Shown one piece after another: positions 13,120 to 25,842 of a stretch of DNA of 64,000 nucleotides (the stretch's first letter is position 1; the number at the start of each line of letters is the position of its first letter). Source of the DNA: Eledone cirrhosa. Lineage: Eukaryota. The stretch is from assembly GCA_964016885.1 (NCBI GenBank), contig OZ024763.1, positions 5,766,001-5,830,000 on the forward strand. The letters run 5' to 3'. Under the pieces are notes generated by a model. The model was not told the origin of the DNA. It saw only the letters and a program-made list of their open reading frames with translations, and made no database searches. The translations under genes and the position numbers were made by a program.

Positions 13120-13345
13120 GACAGAGACTAGCGACCAGTGGTTCAACAGAGAGACAATCCACAAGGTGGGTGACAGGCAGATGATATATAATGTCTCAGA
13201 GGATAGAGACCAGGGGCCAGTGGTCAACAGAGAGACAATCCACAAGGTGGGTGACAGGTAGATGATATATAATGTCTCAGAAGACAGAGACCAGTGGTCA
13301 GTGGTCAACAGAGAGACAATCCACAAGGTGGGTGACAGGCAGATG
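13120..13345. repeat. 81-bp tandem repeat
   Basis: CAACAGAGAGAC at 13144, 13225, 13306. Confidence 0.85.
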
Positions 13346-13533
13346 AAATAAAGAAACGGTTGGAGGAGGACAAGGAGAATTGTGTTGGCTCACAGAAGTG
13401 ACTGGAAAAAGGAAACAAAGAAAGACGATGTACAAGACAAGTCTACACACAAATATCTTCCCCCACCACCTTTTTACAGTATAAAAAGTGGAGGGGTGGT
13501 GATGGTGGCGGTATTAGAGAAAGTAACACTTAC

Positions 13534-13598
13534 TTGTATTAATAATATCACCATGGGAAATTAATTCTTCAAGATTCTGGGGTCGGTATTTTTCGATC
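13534..13598 (-). CDS. RFC5: RFC5 exon 2 (IEKYRPQNLEELISHGDIINT)
   Basis: 65 nt, ag/gtaagt boundaries, RFC box II PWxEKYRP motif; phases match neighbours. Confidence 0.95.
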
Positions 13599-13770
13599 CT
13601 TAGAAATAAGTAAAGAAAAAAATATAAATATATTATATTGAGTAGATGAAACGTGTGCGCGTGTGTGTGTGTGTGTGTGTATTATATTTAAACAGATGAA
13701 AGATTTTTCAAACCTTTTTCCCTCACAAAGAGATAGATATAAAGAGGGAGGTAGACAGACAGACAGGTAG

Positions 13771-13809
<39 letters not shown>

Positions 13810-14096
13810 ATGGGAAGTAGAGGTAGGTAGGTAGAGAGATATATAAATAAAAGAAGAGAGAGACAAATAGAGAGTGCCATATTCAGACCAGCAGATAGGA
13901 AGAGAGAGACAGAGAGTGTGTGTGTATGTGTGCCAGTGTTGGGGAGGAGGGTCATCAGAAGGAAAGATAGGAAGTTTGTTGTTATAGTGAGAGTATAAAA
14001 CACAATTTCATACCAAGAGCAGACAACTCTTGGAATACCTTTTTAAGGGGTCTCTGAAAAAAAAAATTACATAGCTATATTTGTATGTCTCTCTCC

Positions 14097-14146
<50 letters not shown>

Positions 14147-14604
14147 AATAAATATGCTTTACAAAAGAGACAAATCAATAAAAATTAGAGTAGAAAAAGG
14201 ACAAACACTTTACTACATACATATATGTGCATGTATATATATATATATATATATATATAACGAAGGAAGTGTGGTAAAGAACCAGATGGACCATAACCCA
14301 CCATAGTACTCAAGACTTAGGTTAGTCGAGTGGGTAATAGGAAAATGTTTAACCCCGACGGCATAGCTCAAGCCGTTTCGAAGGCTATTTCTGGACTATA
14401 TATATATACATACATGGGCATGTATATATCAAAACATGTGAATGTATATATATATATACACACACACATGTATGTATATATAACTTTGATAGGTTTCGAC
14501 CAGTATTGGCCCAGGTCATGTCTAACTTTAGAGCACCACCAGGCGAAGTCTTTCAAATCAGGATTTGGGCACCATGGCCCACTCAAGTAGAAAGTTATTG
14601 TTTA

Positions 14605-15400
14605 CGAAGACATATACAGGATTTCTTGGAGGAATTTGTCCAAAGACCTTTTTAATTTCATGGGATTTGTTTCTGTTTTAATGTAGTTTTGTGTAATATT
14701 AAAGAGAGTGGGACCAATTGAGATGAAATAATTTTGCCATAAAGTTGTTATGAGATGAGGGTTTGAGTTTTGTTGTGTGTGGATAGCACAGAGCCCAAGC
14801 CTTGGGTGTACTTTAAAGGTGATACCAACATCATTTGGGCAATGCTGATGGAATATTTTCCACATCATGCAAATAATGTAGCGCTCATGGCAGTGTTGGA
14901 GAGAAGAGAGTTTGAACTTTTTTAGTCGACCTCAATAGTCAAGGCCTGCCATGCCATATATCTTTTTGTGATTGACCTTTGAGGTGCTTCAAATTTCATA
15001 ATACTTTGTTTTGTGTGGGGAGACCACAGTGGACAACAGTATTTAAGGTGGGGTTGGGTAAAAATAGAGAAGAGAAGGATATCTCTCAACTGGAAAGTTC
15101 TGAGAATCCAGGAACACATGCTGCAGACTATGTCAACTTTGCTGTTTATATGAATGACCCAGCTTATGTTGTTATCAAAACAATTACTCCCAGGTCTCAG
15201 ATGCAGTTGGATGGCACGAGCAAAGGGATTATGAGAGTTTCAATGCATCCTCTTTTCCAAAGTGGATTAGTTCTAATTTATCCTCGTTCAGCAGCATATT
15301 GTTCTTGGATAATAGCAAGTAGATCTGATTGAAGGCATGTCAGGTTTCCCACTCCATTCATGACCTTCTGGAGCTTGAATCATCTGCAAAGATTCTTATG
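14605..15400 (-). mobile_element. CR1/L2-type LINE 3' relic
   Basis: QPHLKYCCPLWSPH...QRSITK; GPTLFN...KRSLDKFL. Confidence 0.8.
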
Positions 15401-16121
15401 GTTCCTGTGCTTGATGCAGGCCTGTCAACTGTGCCCGTCCGACAGGGAGATCTCCCACCCACTTTCGGGTGGGTGAGAGATGTCTTCTTTTGTGAAAATG
15501 CGTATAACTTTCATTATGTAAAATTTCCCCATTTTTGCCTCATTTCTCCCAGTTTGGGGTACTTTCTTTTCATGGTACTCTCCGTTTGGGTTTCTAGAAG
15601 TTGACAGGTCTGTTGACGGCGTCAATGATCTCATTGATATTGTTAATGAAGAGACGTGGGCCCAACATACACATGTATACATATAATGTAAAGTCTGTGT
15701 CAAGACACAATGCATCATCCGAGCTTGGAATTGAACTCACAACCTCCCATTGCAAGCCCAATGCTCTAAACACTAAGCCATGCACCTTCAGACACATATA
15801 TATATATACACTAATTTTACCGAGTCCTTGTATTGTATAATGGTATTATTACGGATTGGCAGTATCGGTAGGTCGGACGCCATGCTTTCCAGCATAGAGT
15901 TACGCCCCTTTACATTCTGAGTTCAAATCCCGCCGAGGTTAACATTGTCTTTCATTCTTACGCAGTCCATAAAATAAAGTACCAGTAATGCACTGAGGTA
16001 ATTGCTGGCCTTGTACCTATATATATATATATATTATATATATACACACACACATAAAATAAATATAAATACATATAAATATATAATAACTACATATAAA
16101 GTAATATAAATATATATTTAC

Positions 16122-16159
16122 CAGGGTAGGTTTGATTTCTCCTTGCTGCTTACTTCCAT
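16122..16159 (-). CDS. RFC5: RFC5 coding exon 1 (MEVSSKEKSNLP-W)
   Basis: ATG at 16159; ends CCC TG|gtaaat; the NLPW motif continues into IEKYRP of exon 2. Confidence 0.88.
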
Positions 16160-16715
16160 AGCTGTTTATTATAGATAAATAATAATTAAAAACAACAACT
16201 CAATAATATATATATATATATTGATACGTGAAGAAGAAAACTATATAAAGGACATAAATATACAATAGTTTGAATCAATCGATACAATGAATGGATCGTC
16301 TCTGGTCTTCGATCACTAACAGAAGGATTTATAAATTATATAAGTTTTGCTCTGTGGTTTACAGAACAAATTAATTTTTATTTTATGATATTAAAAAAAA
16401 TATATCATTATTATTACTTTTCTATGAATATACATAATGTTTCTTACAGAACGAAAATATAGAATATATATTGATGCGAATAACAGATACAATTAATTAT
16501 TGCTAGGAACCTTATAAATATAATGCACAGGAAAAAATAATATATATGTGAAGGTATCAATACCTATTTAATATGTATGGTTGTGTTTCTCAATAAATAA
16601 ACTCAATGGATCTGTGTGATTCTCTGTGATATATGAATCTCTCTCTATATATGTATCTTCTAATTTTGAAGTATATGTGTATATATATAAATATATATTA
16701 TATACATATATAATA

Positions 16716-16747
<32 letters not shown>

Positions 16748-16844
16748 TATCTATATATTATATATATTATATATATTATTTATATATATGTGTGTATATA
16801 TCATATACATATATGTGAGCAAGTGCTTGTTTTGTAATTTTTTC

Positions 16845-16985
16845 TTCTTTTTTCCCGGTAAAACTTTAGCCAAGTCTCGTTCAAGTGGCGCAACACGTTC
16901 TCGTTCTCGCGAGAAGTGACAATTTCCAACATGGCGTATTTACTAAGTGCAGACTTTATGTCAAGCTGCACTACACTCTTCTCTT
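16845..16985. promoter_or_regulatory. Candidate bidirectional promoter core for RFC5/KSR
   Basis: CpG-dense patch between divergent ATGs; palindrome TTCTCGCGAGAA 16904-16915; YY1-like CAACATGGCG 16927-16936. Confidence 0.65.
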
Positions 16986-17666
16986 GAAAATTATTTTAGT
17001 TTATTTTTTATCTGTGTGTGTTGTGTTGTGGTTGGTGTTGTTGTGGTGTGGTGTGTTGTTGGGGGTGGTTTCTAGCTAATTGCTTTTTGGATTCTTTTTA
17101 CAAAAAAAAAAAAAAAAAAAGAGAAACAACACGACACACCTCTCCTCCTTTTACAACCTCCGGGGCCTCCTTTTTATATCTTATTTTATTGTATCCAGTT
17201 TGGGGCAGGAGGTGGCCACCCGACCAAACCAAACATGACTTATATGACACACAGGCTTTGAACTGATCGTATATATATTATACATACACATATATATATG
17301 TATATATATGTGTATATATATGTATCTATATATATGATTTAGCCACACATACACACACATATATATATATATACATATATATATTTATATATATATATAT
17401 ATATATATGTGTGTATATAATATATATATATATGACAACACAACACACATATCTACATATATTTATATATATATGACACAACACAACATATATTCATATA
17501 TATCTACATATATTTATATATATATGTAAAATATATGATATATATATAAGACACAGCGCAACACAATATATATATCTATCTATATATATATATATATATC
17601 TACCAGTGGAGATCAGATACTGTGAGACTTGTAATGGCATGTTGAAGCTGGGAGAGAAAGAAGACA

Positions 17667-17828
17667 ATGTCTTGTAAATCTACAGAGGAGGGGTCGGTCG
17701 AACACGCCATTCAGACGTGTAGTACCGTTCAAAGTATGATAGATTTTACAGCTAAACATTTGTACGGCCTTCGTACACAGTGTGCTCCCAATGAACAAAT
17801 TACACAGAAGGAAATACGTGATACTGAG
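17667..17828 (+). CDS. KSR: KSR coding exon 1, CC-SAM/CA1 (MSCKSTEEGS...GLRTQCAPNEQITQKEIRDTE)
   Basis: VQSMID-x7-GLRTQC-x6-TQKEIR matches the KSR1/2 coiled-coil N-terminus; donor GAG|gtaaga, phase 0. Confidence 0.92.
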
Positions 17829-18561
17829 GTAAGAGAATCAAAACATATTATATACTATATACACCACATCTTATCATAAACATACTATACCACCGATCAT
17901 ATCATATCATATATATATATATATACATACATACTATATCATATCATATCATAAACATACTACTCCACATCAATTCAGATACTACATAATATCACATCAT
18001 ATCATATATCAGATCACATCATATAAACATACTACACCACATCATATCATATATACACACACACTACACTACACTACATCTTAAACCATACCACACACAT
18101 CATATACACACACTTCACTACACCACATCTTAAACATACTACACCACATCATATCATGTACACATACTACACTACACCACATCTTAAAGATACTACACAC
18201 ATACTACTTACTACACATCACATCATATATCATATACACATACTATATACCCTACATCATATCGTATATACTACACCACATCACCTCATAACATATACTA
18301 CACTACACCACATCATGTATACACACACTCCACCTCATCATATATACACACACTACACCAAACCACATCATACACACTACATCACATCTTACTCGCCACA
18401 CCACATATATTTATGTATATATCATGTCGTACACTACACTATATCTTACTACACCACATATATTTATGTATATATATATATATATATACGTGTGTATATA
18501 CCATACTACACAACTCAACTATATATACATATCACGCACCAAACATAACGCACCACACACA

Positions 18562-18613
<52 letters not shown>

Positions 18614-18779
18614 ATACACAATAGATAGTTCTTAAAAAAGCACTGAATTATATATATTTGCAAATTGGTGATCGTTGCAAGCTTTTTTTTTTTATTATTT
18701 AGATATATATATATATATACGTGTGTATATAGAAATATATAAACCCTTCTTTCTCATCACACACACATATACGTCTGTG

Positions 18780-18833
<54 letters not shown>

Positions 18834-19119
18834 CACGGATGTATGTATGATGTATAATTATTTCCTTTGCTTCCAACACAGTTACGATGTTTCAGCAAAG
18901 CGAGTGTATTTCTGGCTAAGCTAAAACATCGTAGCTCTGCTATGCTATATATCTATATATATATATAGATATATATATATGCACACATACATACTGTATA
19001 TATATATATGCACACACAACTACTATATATATGTATGTATGTATATATATATTATATATGTCGAAACGGCCGTATTTCAGCCATCAGGGTCCTGAATCTT
19101 TTCATATGTGTGTGTACTC

Positions 19120-19150
<31 letters not shown>

Positions 19151-19189
19151 CGTACTCTGTATATATACACATCCTATATATATACGTAC

Positions 19190-19225
<36 letters not shown>

Positions 19226-19308
19226 TACTGTAGTGGTGTTTTCTCTGCCCCAGTCTGTGAAATGTCTAATCTAGTTGTTGCCAAAACTATCTTGAGAAAG
19301 AAGACTGG

Positions 19309-19572
19309 AGAGTATTAATGTATGAGGTTGGTCTTCTCCTCCCAGAACTTGTTGATCTGTGGTTGTGTTTCGTAAGACTGGAGAGTATTAATGTATGAGG
19401 TTGGTCTTATCCTCCCAGAACTTGTTGATCTGTGGTTGTGTTTCGTAAGAGAGGAAAGTATTAATGTATGAGGTTGGTCTTCCCCTCCCAGAACTTGTTG
19501 ATCTGTGGTTGTGTTTGGTGTTTCGTAAGAGAGGAAAGTATTAATGTATGAAGTTGGTCTTCTCCTCCCAGA
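19309..19572. repeat. ~72-bp tandem repeat, ~3.5 copies
   Basis: AGTATTAATGTATGAGGTTGGTCTT...CAGAACTTGTTGATCTGTGG. Confidence 0.85.
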
Positions 19573-19945
19573 AAACTGCTGCAGTGATGAAGAATGATGC
19601 AACTCTGCTATAGTTAGAGATGTAGAAAGCCTCATATATATGCATAAATGTGTATATATATATATAAATATGTTTAGATATATGTATATATATATATATG
19701 TATGCATATATGTGTATATATATATATATAAATATGTTTAGATATATGTATATATATATGTATGCATATATGTGTATATATATATAAATATGTTTAGATA
19801 TATGTATATATATATGTATGCATATATGTGTATATATATATATATAAATATGTTTAGATATATGTATATATATATATGTATGCATATATGTGTATATATA
19901 TATATATGTGTGTCTGCATATATATATGCAATATATGTATGTATA

Positions 19946-19993
<48 letters not shown>

Positions 19994-21477
19994 TGCATAT
20001 AAAATGTGTGTATATACACACACACACACATTTACGTACATATATATGTATACGTACCTACACACACACACTCATACACACATATATATTAACTTAAGTA
20101 GTATTATTTTCGTATTTTCGTTTCGTTTTTTTATTTATATACATACATGTATATATATATATGTGTGTATATAAATATATATACACACACATGATATATA
20201 TATATATAGAGTCTCTATGCATTGTCCATCTCCAAGGTAGTCTTTGTTGAACCACCCAGCCCAACTGGAAATTACTACAATAATGGTTTATGATTTAGGC
20301 ACAAGGCCAGCAATTCTACGGGAAAAATCGATTTAATCCACACCCAGTGCATTACTGGTACTAAAAGTCGATTATATCGACTCCAGTACTTGACTGGTAT
20401 TTTATTATTATTTCACCGATCCCGGAAGGATGAAAGAGGCAAAGTTGATGACCTCGGCCGGATTTGAACTCAGAGCGCAAAGGGCCGTAACTAAATACAG
20501 CAAATCCTTTTGACCGACTCCTCTCAACTGCGATTCTTGCCAATCCAACACTCACACCTTGATCATAATAATAATTTCTACTATGGGCACAAGGCCAGCA
20601 ATTTTGGGAGAGGGAGGAAAGTCGATTAAATCGACACCAGTGAGTTATTGGTACTTTATTTATCGACCCTGCACGGATGAAAGGCAAAGCTAACCTCGGT
20701 GGGATGTGAACTCAGAACGTAAAGGGCCGTTACGAAGTATTTTGTCCGTATTTTCTGATTTAGGCACGAGGCCAACAATTTTTTTGGGAGATGGCAAAGT
20801 CGATTAAATCAACCCCAGTAGGTTACAGGTATTTATTTTATCAACCCCTATAAGAATGAACTTTGAGGGGAGTTAAAGTCGATTAAATCAACCCCAGTAG
20901 GTTACAGGTATTTATTTTACCAACCCCTATAAGAATGAACTTTGAGGGGAGTTAAAGTCGATTAAATCAACCGCAGTAGGTTACAGGTATTTATTTGATC
21001 GTCCCACTGTAAGGATGAACTAATAATTGTTTCTACTTTAGGCACAAGGCCAGCAATTACTCAGTGCATTACTGGTACTTTATTTTATCGACCCCGTAAG
21101 GATGAACTAATAATAACAGTAATGATATTAGTAGTGTACTCGTGTTCTCCCTGAAGCAGTGCCTCACACCTTACAGTGACATATGAGAAGCCAGTGTGAG
21201 GGTTTCTTCATATTTTAGTGGATTTCATTTTATTTTAGGTTTAAATTTCACTTTTGACTTGCTCCATTTCAAAATGAAATATTTGAAACTGTTACTATAT
21301 ATATATACTTGTGTGTGTGTGTATATAGAGAGAGAAGCACGTAGATACACATGCACATATATACATACATATGTGTATGTATATATATATATATACGTTA
21401 TTCCGGGTTGAATCGGAGGTAACCACAGTAAGTAAGGTACTCAATACATTGCAGAGTATAAAAGTTTTAATATAGAT

Positions 21478-21526
21478 GAGATTCTACAGGACTAGAACTG
21501 TTTCATTCTTTAGAAATCATCAGGAA

Positions 21527-21530
<4 letters not shown>
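21478..21530 (-). ncRNA. Type I hammerhead ribozyme-like motif
   Basis: GAGATTC-CTGATGA-TTTCTAAAGAAT-GAAA-CAG[TTCTAGTC]CTG-TA-GAATCTC; perfect 7-bp stem I; first pair of stem II is U.U (degenerate). Confidence 0.65.
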
Positions 21531-21559
<29 letters not shown>

Positions 21560-21898
21560 GAATAAATTTAGTCCTTCATCAGTGATCTTCCAGCCTTCAT
21601 TGGTATTTCATCGCTTTAAAGACTATATACCTCTGGCTGGTGCGAGCAACGGCTAAAGAAAGTCGTTGGGACACGTAAATAGGGGGAACGAGCGAGACTG
21701 TAAACAAACAAAGATGGTAATGCAACGAAAAGTGAGGAAGAAGGAGTCAAGTCCCTGAAATCGATGAACATAAGTTCTGTGAAATCGTGGACGAGAAAGA
21801 ATAAAGACCAAGATCACTGATGAAGGACTAAATTTATTCATATGTAACCCATTTACAACCACGCAGCACGCCATGTTTTCATATTATATATATATTTA

Positions 21899-21939
<41 letters not shown>

Positions 21940-22306
21940 AGGGGTATATTTTTATTTTTTTAATATCCGTCACTCCTCGTCCCCGACTCAGTTTCCGTTT
22001 CACTGCACGCACATCTATATGTTATATATGTGTGTGTATATACATTCACACACACACACACACACATATCTATCTATCTATCTATATATACACACACACA
22101 CATACAAACCTCTTCTTCCGCCAGTTCGTGTCATGCTACAGTAAACATAACACAACTCTCTCTATCTTTCGTCTCTCTCTCGCTCTCTGTGTCCCACCCT
22201 AGTTTTATTTTGTGTATTTTTACAAAAATACATATACTATATACACACATACACACGCATATATATATATGTATATACAGAGAGTTCGTGTGTGTGTATA
22301 TAGTTT

Positions 22307-22354
<48 letters not shown>

Positions 22355-22461
22355 ATAAACGAACGGAGCATGCGAAATGAATACGAGATATTTTCAGTTT
22401 CCTATTTTGAGATCTATTGTCAATGATACCCGACATATATATATTCATAAGTATACACACA

Positions 22462-22497
<36 letters not shown>

Positions 22498-22646
22498 TGT
22501 GTGTATATATATATATTTAAAAGTTAAACAAGGTTCAATGAATACATCAAAGAATGAGTTTTACAATAGATTGGAAGCACTCAACAGAAAAAGGTTTTCC
22601 AGAGTTATTAATATTAATTCAAAATATTAAACAAAATAGATATTCT

Positions 22647-22713
22647 TATTTTATCTGATGAGGACGTACTGTTGAACTTAACTCAGTACCTCTGAAATAT
22701 GTATAATAAAATA
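22647..22713 (+). ncRNA. Minimal type I hammerhead ribozyme-like motif
   Basis: TATTTTAT-CTGATGA-GGACGTACTG..CAGTACCTCT-GAAA-TATGTA-TA-ATAAAATA. Confidence 0.7.
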
Positions 22714-22753
22714 TAATTGATCACAAGAATATCTATTTTGTTAATATTTTGAA

Positions 22754-22801
<48 letters not shown>

Positions 22802-23192
22802 ACCCTGTAATTTTCGTTCTATCGAGAGGCTTAACACAAAACATTTTTAAGACGTCAATTACAAAGCTATGGTTGTGTTGTTGTTGTTGTTGTTGTTTAA
22901 TCCCAGGTCAACCTTCGCCTAGCCTCTCTATGATAGTCTAACCTTTCCTTAACTTTACTAAAGACGGTTGGTGATAAATTTGGCTGCTATTTCTAGCAAG
23001 TAATGCTGCCACATTGAGTCTTCCCCTACCCCTGGACATATTTTTGTCTCCTGTTGTTCTTTGTCTCTGCTCCACCCCCTCCTTTGTTCTTTGGTTGTGT
23101 ACCGTGGATATATATATATATAGAGAGAGAGAGGAAAAAGTATGACCCCGACGGCAGAGCTCAAGCCGTTTCGAGGGCTATTTCTGGACTGT

Positions 23193-23233
<41 letters not shown>

Positions 23234-23839
23234 ATATATATGTTATAACGAATCGGGATCCCGATTGCTGAGCTCTTGACGTTTCAACAGCTAGTTCCAG
23301 AGAAGTCTTGAACTAACTGCTAAAAGGGCAACAGCTCAGCCGTCTGGGTCCCGGCTCTTTACAATATAACCATACTCTACTACCCCAAGTATCCAGTACT
23401 CTGTTGAGTAATGGTCTAACCAGTTTCAAACTGAATCTATCCTGAGATATATATATATATATATATATATAACGAAGGAAATGTGGTAAGGAACCAGGTG
23501 GACCATAACGCACCAAAGTACTCAATACTTAGGGTAGTAGAGTGGGTAATAGGAACAAGTAGGACCTACTCGTTCCTATATATATATATATATATATATA
23601 TAACGAAGGAAATGTGGTAAGGAACCAGGTGGACCATAACGCACCAAAGTACTCAATACTTAGGGTAGTAGAATTAGCCGTCGAAACGGCTTGAGCTCAG
23701 CCGTCGGGGTCTTACTTGTTCCTATATATATATATATATATATATATTTCTATATCTATCTATGCTTCTGCCTCCCTCTTTCCAGCTATCTATCTGCCTA
23801 TATACCTACCTCTGTATCTCTCAATTTCCCACTCTCTCC

Positions 23840-23880
<41 letters not shown>

Positions 23881-25249
23881 ACGAAGTTATATCCGTCGAA
23901 ACGGCTTGAGCTCTGCCGTCGGGGTCATACCTTTTCCTATATCTATCTATATATATATTTATATATCTCAATGCCTCACTACCTTTCTACTTCACACTAT
24001 ATATACCTACCTCTCACTCTCTCTCTCTCTATATATATATATGTATCTCTCCTCCTAATAAAGGGTCACATTGTGCTATGAATTATGAACCCTATGACCC
24101 CTACCTCTTCTTTCCTGACATGAACTAGGTGAGGAGGTCACAGTTGTTTGTCCCTATTGTTTGAAGCTACCTTCAGGGAAACTCAACACCTCTCTCTCTC
24201 TCTCTCACACACAATGATCCTCACACTCTGTCCCTACCCCCCCCCTCTTGTCTCTTACTCTCTCTCTCTCTCTCACACAACACACATTGCCACCCCCACC
24301 TTGTCATCTCTGCAATGTATGACTGGCTACCATGTTACAACCCTTTCATTACCAGTGAAACTGTGTGTGTCCTTGTTGTTCAAAATCATGTAAATAATCA
24401 AAGATTTTAATATAATACACACAATATTCATTATAGAAGAAAAATCTGCCTCTAGCTGAGCCTGGAGGCTCATCAGGTCAGTTTACCCTCCGCCCCCTGG
24501 ACAGTCCATTGCAGGGTTAACGCCCCAGTTATTGCTGGTACTCATTTTCAGCTGAGTATTATTGGTGTAACATGAAATGAAGTATTTTGCTCAAGAACAC
24601 AACACACAACCCAGTCCAGGAATTGAACCTGCAACATTATCATGGATTGGGAGGGTGGTGGATTGGCAGTATCGGTGGAGGGTCGGCTGCCATGTTAGGG
24701 TGGTGGATTGGCAGTATCGGTGGAGGGTCGGACGCCATGCTTTCCAGCATAGTTACGTCCCTTTACGATCTGAGTTCAAATCCCGCTGAGGTTGACTTTG
24801 CCTTTCATCCTTATGGGGTCGATAAAATAAAGTACCAGTAATGCACTGGGTAATTGCTGGCCTTGTGCCTAAAGTAGAAACAATTATCATTGTAAGCACA
24901 CTTACCAGTAAGCCACTTACTGCCATTATAAAATGGTATCTACTATTATAAAAGTGTATTTAGTATTTATCGACATTTGCATTACCATCATCATCATCAT
25001 TTTCTTACAATATTCATCATCATCATCATCACTGGTTAATGTCCATTTTTCCCCTGCTGGCATGGGTTAGACGAGTTGTCCCATTGTGATACAAGCCACA
25101 AGCTAGATTAGATGACCGTGTCTTACTCATACAGAACTGTGTCTGGTTTGGTTTCTACAGCTGGATGCTCTTCCTAACCCCAACCCCATTTACAATGTGT
25201 ACTGGGTGCTTTTTATCATGACCACTTTATAGTGTAAACTGGGTGTTTA

Positions 25250-25842
25250 TTATCATGGCACCAAAACAGCCACTTTACTTTGTACTGGGGTCTTTTTATT
25301 GAGGCACCAAAACAGCCACTTTACTTTGTACTGGTAACTTTTTATCATGGCACCAAAACAGCCACTTTACTTTGTACTGGGGTCTTTTTATCATGGCACC
25401 AAAACAGCCACTTTACTTTGTACTGGGGTCTTTTTATCATGGCACCAAAACAGCCACTTTACTTTGTACTGGGGTCTTTTTATCATGGCACCAAAACAGC
25501 CACTTTACTTTGTACTGGGGTCTTTTTATCATGGCACCAAAACAGCCACTTTACTTTGTACTGGGGTCTTTTTATCATGGCACCAAAACAGCCACTTTAC
25601 AGTGTGTACTGGGGTCTTTTTATCATGGCACCAAAACAGCCACTTTACTTTGTACTGGGGTCTTTTTACCATGGCACCAAAACAGCCACTTTACAGTGTG
25701 TACTGGGGTCTTTTTATCATGGCACCAAAACAGCCACTTTACTTTGTACTGGGGTCTTTTTATCATGGCACCAAAACAGCCACTTTACTTTGTACTGGGG
25801 TCTTTTTATCATGGCACCAAAACAGCCACTTTACAGTGTGGG
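25250..25842. repeat. 46-bp minisatellite
   Basis: ATCATGGCACCAAAACAGCCACTTTACTTTGTACTGGGGTCTTTTT. Confidence 0.92.
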
